64,000 nucleotides of DNA from Schizochytrium sp. TIO01 (lineage: Eukaryota > Protista > Bigyra: Labyrinthulomycetes): the NCBI GenBank assembly GCA_004764695.1, contig SMSO01000034.1:3534001-3598000 (forward strand), given 5' to 3'. Each line of letters opens with the position of its first letter. The first letter of the stretch is position 1. Of the stretch, positions 33,601 to 42,277 are shown in pieces. The translations under genes and the position numbers were made by a program. The notes under the pieces are model-generated. The model did not search any database and was not told the DNA's origin. It saw only the letters and a list, made by a program, of their open reading frames with translations.

Positions 33601-34683
33601 AGTGATCCTCTCCCCAATCCAGGCAACCACATTGTTGACCGCCACCGTGCCAGTTTTTGGAGAGTTGTCTCGAAGCGTTCTCATTTCTATGCTGACACTG
33701 CACATCTCTTTGGTGTAGTTCCTCTGGTGCGTCTCGGCCAAGGTCAAAAGTATGCCAACAAAGTGTCTCATCACACTTTTCACTTAGCCTTGCCGCATGC
33801 TGACGCCGTAACAGCCTCAACCATCCAGCTTGCTGAAAGTGTTTTTAGACATCACCCAAACGCGAAATTAGTTGTTCACTGCAATGATTTTGGTGTGCGG
33901 CACACTGACCTCGTTAACTTTGCCTTGGTGGGCTATGATGTTGTTGTTGAACCATTTGATCTCGTTCAGCAATTACGCCAGTTTCACCTAGATCATAAGC
34001 TCGTAAGACGCTTTGTCAAGCACATCAAAACGAACCCAGATGACATTTCCATTCTGCCTGTTCTTGCTTTGTGGCTTCAAGGTGGAGTGTTTTTACGTGA
34101 ACATGACTCTTTGATTACAAATACAATCCCTCATTCCATATCTGCTGCATATCAACCAGATTACAGCATCCTTATGTTCCCCAAGAATTCGCCGATTTTA
34201 CTTCGTGTGGCTGAACTCTTTCTACGGAATCCTCAATTGGCTTTGGATAATGCCCTCAACCAGGCCATCAATGAGATCTCAGTGATCACTAGTCCTCACC
34301 ATGAGGCGCCCTTCGACAGACCTCTTCCTCTTCAACAAACATTGCAGGTTGGGGTGGAAGATAACGATTTCGAAAACCCCGAAAATAGCTTACAACAAAG
34401 TGAAGAAAAAGAACAAAATGAAATTGTGGAATTCGATGACACTATTCTGCAGCAGGGATCTCCCGTCGCGCCTCCTGCCGATGCTCCGACTTTTGTATCT
34501 GCACCAACTTCTTCAGGCACTGTCTTACCTGAAGGTACGAAGGACCATTCAAGAAACTTTCAAATTATACGACTTTCTGAGGGCGAGTATTCAACTGGAC
34601 CTTGTGTCAATTCTACGATAGTATGTACTAATCTCTTTGAGACTTCGTGTCTGTTTTGCGACTCTCCGTGGGGCCCAATGTAG
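30619..34683 (+). CDS. Fusion protein: triose-phosphate/PEP translocator-family (DMT) transporter + extra TM + GT32-like domain + polysaccharide pyruvyltransferase + second GT32-like domain
   Basis: TPT-like motifs IWFVLSCIFYIK, AHFVGH, VSNMQLARLIEP, YYFGANAVS, LLKRV. Pyruvyltransferase motifs DLGDELQ, IFMNSWF, VSLH, IGARE..T...L...GVDAYFSGC, LVVTSRIH..LAAMSQGVPVVF. GT32-like AESVFRHHPNAKLVVH and LALWLQGGVFL. Single uninterrupted ORF; first ATG at 30619. Confidence 0.82.
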   Translation: MLWHSSDSAEEVSSAGAFLGEQEVAEGPRRRGSLPQDLGSLHSETSQEDSFESGIGLHYAGSRELSLGSSIHHIQHSQHSSNASNSHISANLSNNINNNNNGSGNSNGNCSSHHSFHAHKNTSHPSPCMSTSCSACGDNNIGGGNSHTHGNAVSSALRNLSFVSAAQCGSQSRGGQSHASETSADERVRFKRKTSVYLENNTMALFEEEENADHPVDGPCGCLEETFSRPAAMVLVSIWFVLSCIFYIKLRRSMKGFSGGGDVVAQTGVHFLTSGIIMLLHSTIMWTTGQQKHEALSKLLKETPAPVWLVLGFAHFVGHALLICGLSVLTVSNMQLARLIEPAIAVAMAGLGWVPQSHAPLTSTQMAFGAVLAGGGLLAALPSHEVFSGVVLIYLSSFLLQWRGHAVRRMMQTVHVDACFVAFGITAVVGSFIAMLVLLLLYTTGLSVFSGSVNLETGLYYFGANAVSLLLTQVYHHGAHEGLKLLKRVLTAAIAAYIQYEHITQSQWIGVAVVAIGWVGLDMDRQIANSRRSRILGVLVALLLLAVISLGGSLQEQYGPETWLQQRSTKPFAPGVSEDGRTEEARPFCEIYEDQLYSIWAYPYGPDPSVTRRCPTEVVYCAYTECLNHFAGARRLNLASLAKGTPYEDFVRYHMWYKIKHKRQFVHHVQSVAMLSLLLKKPGICVRIIGDMRWHCHEDRNWPSLDYDPESGVTLPHFMPHRPVILHDEFTSFSYVSRMKRVVGVDLGDELQAFAGLSFVPYLTHFTDRDQGLPNSHGHIFMNSWFGPSVRWPPSNALNPVMVSLHTSPKFRRTLQAQNFTYLRRYNTIYGAIGAREHATLDFLRANGVDAYFSGCFSTIVDITKDATTRLRNKTFLVDVARLELVPKEIRDVAERRTVLPQTRGLQDEESLHLNAFELLRTFATEARLVVTSRIHVGLAAMSQGVPVVFLKPPPGAAATTTDVTGATGAGMNEVMTYFHVLSKDQPLRKNFNWSDPLPNPGNHIVDRHRASFWRVVSKRSHFYADTAHLFGVVPLVRLGQGQKYANKVSHHTFHLALPHADAVTASTIQLAESVFRHHPNAKLVVHCNDFGVRHTDLVNFALVGYDVVVEPFDLVQQLRQFHLDHKLVRRFVKHIKTNPDDISILPVLALWLQGGVFLREHDSLITNTIPHSISAAYQPDYSILMFPKNSPILLRVAELFLRNPQLALDNALNQAINEISVITSPHHEAPFDRPLPLQQTLQVGVEDNDFENPENSLQQSEEKEQNEIVEFDDTILQQGSPVAPPADAPTFVSAPTSSGTVLPEGTKDHSRNFQIIRLSEGEYSTGPCVNSTIVCTNLFETSCLFCDSPWGPM

Positions 34684-35155
34684 TTTCATACTACAAAACA
34701 TCTGCTACAGATCATCACTTTCCCCCCTCATTTGATAATACTATGTACTGCACAATTTTATTCTGTTAAAACAAGAAAAACACCATAGCCACCTTTCTTT
34801 AAATTTTGCACGTGTACGTATCTAATCTATTTTGTCCAGGTGCGCGCAGACAGACTTCCGTAAGCCTTCAGCTTCTGATTCGTAAAATTAAAAGAACTGA
34901 AACTATTTTATAAGTAAAAAGATGTTTGTTTTTTTTTAAAATTAAAAAATTAAGAAATAAAAGCCATAGCATACATGCTACTAGTAGAAGGTACTATGCA
35001 ACACACTAGCGGTAATTTAAAAAAATCAAAAAGAGCAAACCTGAACAACCTGCACATATAAAAACGCATTTAGAATCGGGAAACACGCTGTCGCCCACGG
35101 AGGTTAAACCCGCTTTATCGAAACTTCGTGGCAAACACATTAATCCTCCGATACC

Positions 35156-36622
35156 ATGTCGGCCCTGAGTGCCGCGCGGAAACACATGACGGCCGCTAAG
35201 GGCGCCCTAAAGACTTCGCTCTTCAAATGGAGTCCAGACTACATCTCGGCAGCTCATCTTTACGAAAAAGCTGCTGTTTCCTTCAAAGCTGCAGGTGACC
35301 CCGAGCAAGCGGGAGATGCGTACAAGTGTGCTGCAGAAGCCAATTCCAAAGGTGACAATGAAAATGCGGCCGCCAAGTGCTGGGAATCCGCTGCAGAAAT
35401 GCACCTGAGCATCTTCCGAAACCAATCTAAAGGTATCGAAGGTGGTCTTCAGCAAGCCAGAACAGCTGCAGACTACTACAGCCAAGCTGTGATGATTTAC
35501 CGCGAATCAGGAGCAGCTAGCCAGGCGTCCACAGCTCTTAGCAAAAAGGGGCAGGTTCTTGCAGACGCCGCGGCAACGCTTCCAGAGGCACACAAGAAGC
35601 GCGACGCACTTCTCACGGAGGCACTCGAGTGCCTCATGACTTCTTGCGAAATTCTCGAAATTGCCAACAAGCTTGTTTTTAGCAAGGACACTTACCGCAA
35701 CACTTTTAACCTAGTTGTACGTATGCGACGCTGGTCAGATGCCCTCCAGGTCCTTAATAAGATGATACCAGTGTACAAGGAGCTCAACCAGACAGCTGGA
35801 GGATTCAAGCTGCGCTTGAGCGCAGTAATTATTCAACTTCAAAGGAATGATCTTACAGCAGCTAAAGCTTCTTTTCGAGAGGGTTTTGATGATACAGCGT
35901 ACCTCAGCTCTGACGAGTGTGCGGCTGCTGAAGATTTGCTGCGGGCATGGGAGGACATGGACGAAGATGCTGTGCGGAAGGTAATTGCCCGACCTGTATT
36001 TCAATTCTTAGAACGCGAAGTTGCGCTGGTGGCGCGTGACCTAAGCCCATTTAACAGCTCTGCTCAACCACGAGATGTCCCATTGGCAAGTAGTGCTACC
36101 ACTGGCTCCGGGGCAGGAGCAGGTGCTCGCGCATCTCTTGCTACAGCAAGTTATGCTCAACCGGGACCAGCCGCTATGGATGCGAAGATTGTCACTTCGT
36201 CTAAATCTGACGCAATGCCAGCTAAGACCACAGCTGCATCTACCCCAACAGGTGAGGCTGATGCGGTTTCGGATGCTAATCGTCAAAGCTTGTTCGCCCG
36301 GAAGCCACAGCTGGCACCAGCGCCACCGGCTCCGGTTATAGCTGAGGCAACTCCCATTTCGAGCGAGTTTGAGGCAGAACAGATGCCCATGGCTGCACCG
36401 GAACCTACGCCAGCACCCAAGACGGCATCACTGACGAGCACTGCTGCGCTGGACCACAGCGTGGAAGCTGCCACGTCGCAGCTTGCCTCCTCTTCACTGT
36501 CCGATAAATCTATGCCCTCAGACTCTGCTGCAGGGGAACCAACTGCTCACTCACAAAGCACATCGCTTCCGCATGATGCAAATGATGATGACGAGGACGC
36601 AGATCTTGACTTTCTGCGTTAA
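35156..36622 (+). CDS. NAPG: Gamma-soluble NSF attachment protein (gamma-SNAP) with a long low-complexity C-terminal extension
   Basis: The N-terminus LKTSLFKWSPDYISAAHLYEKAAVSFK matches the gamma-SNAP 'KW.PDY..AA..Y.KAA..FK' motif; TPR-like helices; acidic terminus DDDEDADLDFLR. Confidence 0.88.
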   Translation: MSALSAARKHMTAAKGALKTSLFKWSPDYISAAHLYEKAAVSFKAAGDPEQAGDAYKCAAEANSKGDNENAAAKCWESAAEMHLSIFRNQSKGIEGGLQQARTAADYYSQAVMIYRESGAASQASTALSKKGQVLADAAATLPEAHKKRDALLTEALECLMTSCEILEIANKLVFSKDTYRNTFNLVVRMRRWSDALQVLNKMIPVYKELNQTAGGFKLRLSAVIIQLQRNDLTAAKASFREGFDDTAYLSSDECAAAEDLLRAWEDMDEDAVRKVIARPVFQFLEREVALVARDLSPFNSSAQPRDVPLASSATTGSGAGAGARASLATASYAQPGPAAMDAKIVTSSKSDAMPAKTTAASTPTGEADAVSDANRQSLFARKPQLAPAPPAPVIAEATPISSEFEAEQMPMAAPEPTPAPKTASLTSTAALDHSVEAATSQLASSSLSDKSMPSDSAAGEPTAHSQSTSLPHDANDDDEDADLDFLR

Positions 36623-37085
36623 ATTGTAAGACACAACTAAAAAATAGACAAAAGACCTTAGAAACATTTTTTCCCTTCTGCATTTATATACGAATCAAAA
36701 TGATTCACCTGCATTCATTCATGATTTGTCTTCGTATTTGATGGTTGTGGTGGTCAGAAGTTAACACGTAAATATTCACTTTTAGAAACCAGACCATATA
36801 TCAATTACTCATGTATAAAAAAATCTCCAACTGTAATCTCCTCTAATTATGTGTAAGATAAAGCAGGAGGCGAAAATTGAGAAGCAAAATTTCCACAAGA
36901 AATGACGACGAGCTATGCGTCTCAACTTTTGAGTATCGAAAACCATAAAGCATTTTTTGCAGCAATTTAAGCAATCATTTCTAGTTGTGACTTACTTTTT
37001 GTGTCGATTGGCTAGCTAGAGAATTAACGATGCAGCAAAGCGTGTCATTAGGATAAATTTGGCTATACGCACATGATCATGTTAT

Positions 37086-38936
37086 TTATGCAGACTCGTT
37101 CGCTTGGGTATCAACTTGATGTTCACCCTCCTTGCGGCCCTGGAGAGTGAGCTTGACCACAGTCTCCCGAAGCTCAGAGGCCTCAATCAAAATTCCAGGG
37201 TACAAGATCTCTACAGATTCCTCGGAACCGTCCTTCAGCTTGCAATCAAATTTCATGCCCGTGCGGTTCATGGATTTGAGTTCTGCTGAGATGGCAGAGG
37301 GGAGATCGCCATAAACCTGAACCAGTGTCAAATTGTCCTTAGCATGATCTTTGTTCATGTGCGTAGTGGCCCGTTGACAACCAGCCTGGAAAGACTTCTC
37401 GCTCGTAACCTCCTTGCGGCGTGTAGCTTGGTCACGCACACTTCCCATGAGGCGCACAGAGAAGTCGTACTCCTGTTTCGAGATGCCAAGGTTTACAGGA
37501 GTTGGCAGTTTACGCTCGGAGTGGATCTTGAGAAGTTTATCATATCCAGAAGGAGCGCAAATAACAAGGTTATGGGGTGTGAGGGGGCGGTCAAAGCGCC
37601 ACATAATGAGCTGGAACTTGGTTCCGTCGCCCGGCTTCGTGCCGGATACTGGGCAACGCAATCCAAACTGGGAGGCGATAACCTCAACATCCTCTTCACT
37701 GACATCATCGAGGTTCCAAGACTTCCACGCGGCATCCTCAGCCTCATTCTCCGGTGCACTGGCAGCCAAAGTTTCCTTAATCTTCTTCAAGTTAGAGCGG
37801 AACTTAGAGTAGAGTTTGTGGGCGCCACGCTCTTTCATCCGAGGAGCAGAGAGGGGCTCAAACGGTTGTTGAGCAAGGTTGGTAATGACACGGGAAGCCA
37901 TCGACATGCCAAAGATAGCCGGGATAGGGCCAAGCACAGGCATGATTCGCACACGGAAGTTTGCCACAGCTCCAAGGTTGTCTGGCTGTTCTTGAGCAAC
38001 TTCCTCATCTAGAGGGAGCAAGTTCACACGTGCAGTCTCAGACGAGTAGAGCACTTCAATTTTAGAGCTTTCGTCAATCAAAGCCTCGGAGCCAGCCTCC
38101 ATAAACTTCTTACGGATCAGCCAGCGCAGCTTAGATGCAATTGGGTCACGGATAACATCACCGAGAGAGCAAAAGTGCAGACGAGTTGGGTCAGTGCGGG
38201 CTCCGGCGGCCATAGAGCTGATGACTGGAATTTTGTGCTCTACGCAATACGCCAGTAGGTCGGTTTTTGTGTTGGAGTCGTCGATACAATCCACAACGTA
38301 ATCAGGTTCCCCAGCAAGCAAGCGATCAGCTTCCTCGCCAGTGAACATTTCGTTGCGAGCATCGACGTGACACTGAGGCATAAAAGCAGCGATATGGCGC
38401 TGGAGAGCACGCACCTTGGGCTTACCAACATCGGAACGGTCTGCAACCGCATGCCGGTTCAAAGAGGAGAGGGTAACATTATCAAAGTCAATGATACGGA
38501 GACGGCGAACTCCGGAGCGAGCTAAGAAATGAGTGCAGTGAGATCCTACACCTCCAGCACCAACCACGATAACAAAACTTTCCTCGAGACGTTTCTGGCC
38601 CTCGTCACCGAGGAAGACGCGGCCGCGTGAGAGCTGTTCGTCAAGAAGCTCGATTTCGCTTTCTGGCAAAGGTGGTAACACAGATGTTTTTGAAACCTCG
38701 TGAGATTCCACAACACATTCACTTTGCTTTTGCGAAGAAGTCTCAGCGACGCCAGAATTTCCCACACGAGATGTTGCGTTTATTGCCGCTGATGAAAACT
38801 TGGCAGCTCGCTGGCGAGTCTGGAGTTCCTTCGTAATCGCAACAGTGGCCAAGGCCCCAACTGCAGCACTTGTACAAGCTACGATAGCCAAAAGTGCTGT
38901 GGAGCTGCTTGAGGAGGTGCTGCTTGAGGAGGACAT
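37086..38936 (-). CDS. tRNA threonylcarbamoyladenosine dehydratase (TcdA/Tcd1-2, ThiF family) with an N-terminal membrane anchor and a C-terminal DUF2470-like domain
   Basis: EQLSRGRVFLG, VIVVGAGGVGSH, IDFDNVTLSSLNRHAVA, DYVVDCID, ISSMAAGARTDPT, FRVRIMPVLGPIPAIFG match yeast Tcd1/2-type proteins; hydrophobic N-anchor; C-terminal HMNKDH motif. ATG at 38936. Confidence 0.9.
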   Translation of the reverse strand: MSSSSSTSSSSSTALLAIVACTSAAVGALATVAITKELQTRQRAAKFSSAAINATSRVGNSGVAETSSQKQSECVVESHEVSKTSVLPPLPESEIELLDEQLSRGRVFLGDEGQKRLEESFVIVVGAGGVGSHCTHFLARSGVRRLRIIDFDNVTLSSLNRHAVADRSDVGKPKVRALQRHIAAFMPQCHVDARNEMFTGEEADRLLAGEPDYVVDCIDDSNTKTDLLAYCVEHKIPVISSMAAGARTDPTRLHFCSLGDVIRDPIASKLRWLIRKKFMEAGSEALIDESSKIEVLYSSETARVNLLPLDEEVAQEQPDNLGAVANFRVRIMPVLGPIPAIFGMSMASRVITNLAQQPFEPLSAPRMKERGAHKLYSKFRSNLKKIKETLAASAPENEAEDAAWKSWNLDDVSEEDVEVIASQFGLRCPVSGTKPGDGTKFQLIMWRFDRPLTPHNLVICAPSGYDKLLKIHSERKLPTPVNLGISKQEYDFSVRLMGSVRDQATRRKEVTSEKSFQAGCQRATTHMNKDHAKDNLTLVQVYGDLPSAISAELKSMNRTGMKFDCKLKDGSEESVEILYPGILIEASELRETVVKLTLQGRKEGEHQVDTQANESA

Positions 38937-40291
38937 GGTGCCTTCCACAGACTTTTCAGCTCCTAGCGACTAGGGCTGTTCTTAATATGAGCTGGGCTCA
39001 CGCCAAAGTTTTGTAAGCTTGGTGTTCGTATAACTTAGTCAAATTTAGTACTAGTTCTTGCCTGCGAGGTCGCCACTTGCGAGCGCCAATGGGTGTCTGG
39101 CCAAGAGAGCTTACCAATGTTTTACCCTCTATGTCTCGCAAAGCAGGACCATAGCTATAATTAAACCAAATTTTAAGTTACCTGTGTTCCCTAAGTATTT
39201 TCTATGACAATATTGGACAATATTGTGATTCATAGTGGCTAACGGGATCCTGATCTAAAATTTGCGGGAGGCTATCCATGATTTATATCATAAATCAGTC
39301 ATCTAGGTAAGTCTCAGAGAATGAGTTGCAACTTCTAGTATGAAGTGATAATTGCAAGCAAATCAGGCATAGCAAACTGAAATTGAAGTAATTCGAACAG
39401 TTTAAAACCGTTAAGCTTATCGATAGGGACACCTTAGTTGTGTAAAAGATAAGCTCATAAGATTAAAAAGCCCTGTAAACTCTCTTTCCAACATATGCGA
39501 TGGTAAAAATTAGACATTAATTTGCGTTGGTTTACATAGGCCTGCTCAAAAAAATATCTTTGCTGAAGATTCTGATATTCTAAATGCCTAGATCGTACGA
39601 GAATGGCACTACCTATCTTTCAAGCAACATGTCGCGGCCTTCCCCGTCTCCTCGCTTATCACTTGCTCTTCCCAAGTTGCTCTTCTTCATCTCCAGATTT
39701 TCATATATGGTCCTCATAATAATTGAAAGAAATAAAAGAGATTTTTGGTTTCCTGTCACAACTTTCTATGCTCAGCTTTTCTTCCTTGACCCCTAGTGCG
39801 TCAGTTTTCTAGTAACCTCCAGGTCTTTGAAGTCATAGTACTTATATCCCAATGAAAGCAGCATTCACCTTGTGGATCCATCACGATGAAGCTGGTTTTG
39901 TAGATGATTCCTTTCCCACCTCACATTCCTTTCTTAATTAAAAACGTTTTCCTTTTTTCTTTACTCAGGCTCTAAAATAAAAAGTAGAGAGTGATACTCC
40001 ACGTCTACCAATAATGTTACAAGTCGTGACAAATTAAATTAAAATGTACAGGCCTATATATAATTAAAACTTTAAACATTCATCGACAAATGAAGAGAAA
40101 ACAGTGATGAGACAGATCTCAGTCTCTCTTGTGTTGTCTCTCTCCGTTGGAGCGAGCGTGCGCGAGAGCACGGGAAAAGCAACTTGGTTGTCTCCCATAG
40201 AACCCAGGCAGGGAGGCAGGCTATCCTGCTGCCACTGCTTCTTTCCCTTGGCCGCTGTTTAGGCTTTTTCATCTTCAGGTTGGCGACAGTC

Positions 40292-42167
40292 ATGGCCGGC
40301 TCCGCTACTTTAGGCTCGGTGCTCCTCGTGACGGCCTCTCTTCTAGCGGTTCATACACTCGCTGCTCAAGATGCTGTCGAGCTTGGCAGTCGTGCACTTT
40401 CATCAATGTATGGCCCTGATAATGTAAATGTTGCGTTGTACGGAGATGTAGACAAGCTGGGATACGTGTATGCTAAGTCAACGTTTTCCCGTACTTTTGA
40501 AGCAGGTGCTGATGCGCAAGGACATGTAATGCGTATGATTGTGGATTCTTCGTCAAAATTGACATACGCCCCATGCACAGGTTGTACGGAGGAAGATTGC
40601 GGGTCTCGACGTATGGAGAGGCTCGTGAATGAGCTACACCAGACTATGAGATTGGGATGCCATGACCAGGTATGCCCAGCGTCAGCGAGGAATTGCCTCG
40701 CGACAAATCAAGGCAGGACAGATGACTGCTTCATGGAGCTCGAATACCCTGATGAAAACTGGCTAGAAGGAAACTTTGTGCAGACTTTTCTCAATTTGAG
40801 CTCCAGCTTGAGGTTCACTCTTTTAGGATGCGTGTGGGATATGAGTGCACCATTTCGAAACATGTACGCAGATGGATCTCTCGCATTGGCACAGTCCTCA
40901 GAGACATTGGCGGTTGGGATCGGCCGTAGCAATGGATGGTCGATGTGCCTAGCTCCTGGAGGCTACTATGGCGGTTCCCTGGAAGTTGGCAAGTCTTTGC
41001 AATTTAGCGATGCCGAGGACGAGATGTGGATTGAGCTCCATGAAGAACGTACAGACCCTCTTAACCAATGGAAGGGATATTATGTGAGTGCTCTTGCAGA
41101 CCCTCAGATGAGCATTGGAAACTCTACGATATCAATTGAAAAACATACCCATGCTCTCATAAATACAGGTTCCTCTCTGACGTTTCTTCCTGAGGAGCTT
41201 TTTAATGATGCACGCGAAGCGTTGTTCAACTTTTGTGATAAAAGCAACCCCTCAACAGACGCAGACGGTGCAGATAGCTCAATCTCACGTTGTGCTGGCA
41301 ATAAGCGTGTTACAGGTCGGCCGAGCTCACTTGCATGCTACGACGTGACTGGCACAGACTTTTTCCGTAAGAACGCTGAGCTCTTCGCGAATAATGATGG
41401 TCCAAACAAGTATCGTGTATACAAACTTCTTGATAGCTTCCCGAACGTGACATTTCACTTCCATGCTGAGAGCAGCAAGGTTGGTGGACCTTCAATTTTC
41501 AAGTTGTCGGTACACCCCAAAGAATACATGTTTTATGAAGGATCAGGCGTTTACTGCGCGGGCATCATGCGCGATACCAGCACCTCTGGTCCAACCAAGG
41601 GCGATGTAACCCTTGGTGTCAACGTTCTTCGTGGCTGGAACATAACCATGGATTTACGCAATTTCCGCCATGGCACAGAGGAGTGTCGTTTCTCATTTAA
41701 GCCCTGCCTCCGCAAGTTCGATCTCGCGGTAGATCAGGACACTCAGAGTGAAACTACTTCCAATTCGTGGGCCATGCATGCTGGCGCACAGTCAGGTGTC
41801 GCAGCATTTTTCGGGCTCTTCTCTTTGACCATGTGTCTCCTCTGTTGTATTCGCTGCTTGTGCGTGCGCCGGGGCGTACAATATGAGGCAGTCAATGAAT
41901 TTGGCACAGGTAACACTGACCATGCTCGCGCAGTCGAAATTCCGCGTTTGGGTAAATTCAGCATTGGTTCAGATGACGACCTTCCTTCCGATGATGAGCA
42001 TGATGAGTTGGCGTTGGAAATGGACGGTGGGGACGACGACGAAGATGAAGACTTTGTTTCTGAAGCCGCAAGGGTTCGTCCTGTTAATGACAGCCGCAGT
42101 AGCAGCAATAGCAAAGGTCGCGGAGGCCGAAACTCTGGAGCTGTAAAACCAGGCTATCCTCGTGGAA

Positions 42168-42198
<31 letters not shown>

Positions 42199-42277
42199 AA
42201 ATGGCGGTTTTTTGTTTGACCAAGATGATTTTAGTGACGATGATGATGCCTCGAGCAGCTTTACGCGCCGACGATAA
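40292..42277 (+). CDS. Plasmepsin V/ASP5-like A1 aspartic protease homologue, type I membrane protein, catalytically degenerate
   Basis: Signal peptide; LYGDVDKLGYVY; MIVDSSSKLTYAPCTGC..CG (first DTG site altered, Cys-rich insert retained); ALINTGSSLTFLP (second Asp replaced by Asn); TLGVNVLRG; C-terminal TM with Cys cluster and acidic tail. Confidence 0.8.
42170..42196 (+). repeat. (CAG)9 poly-Gln tract in the protease homologue tail
   Basis: Directly visible CAG run encoding Q9. Confidence 0.85.
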
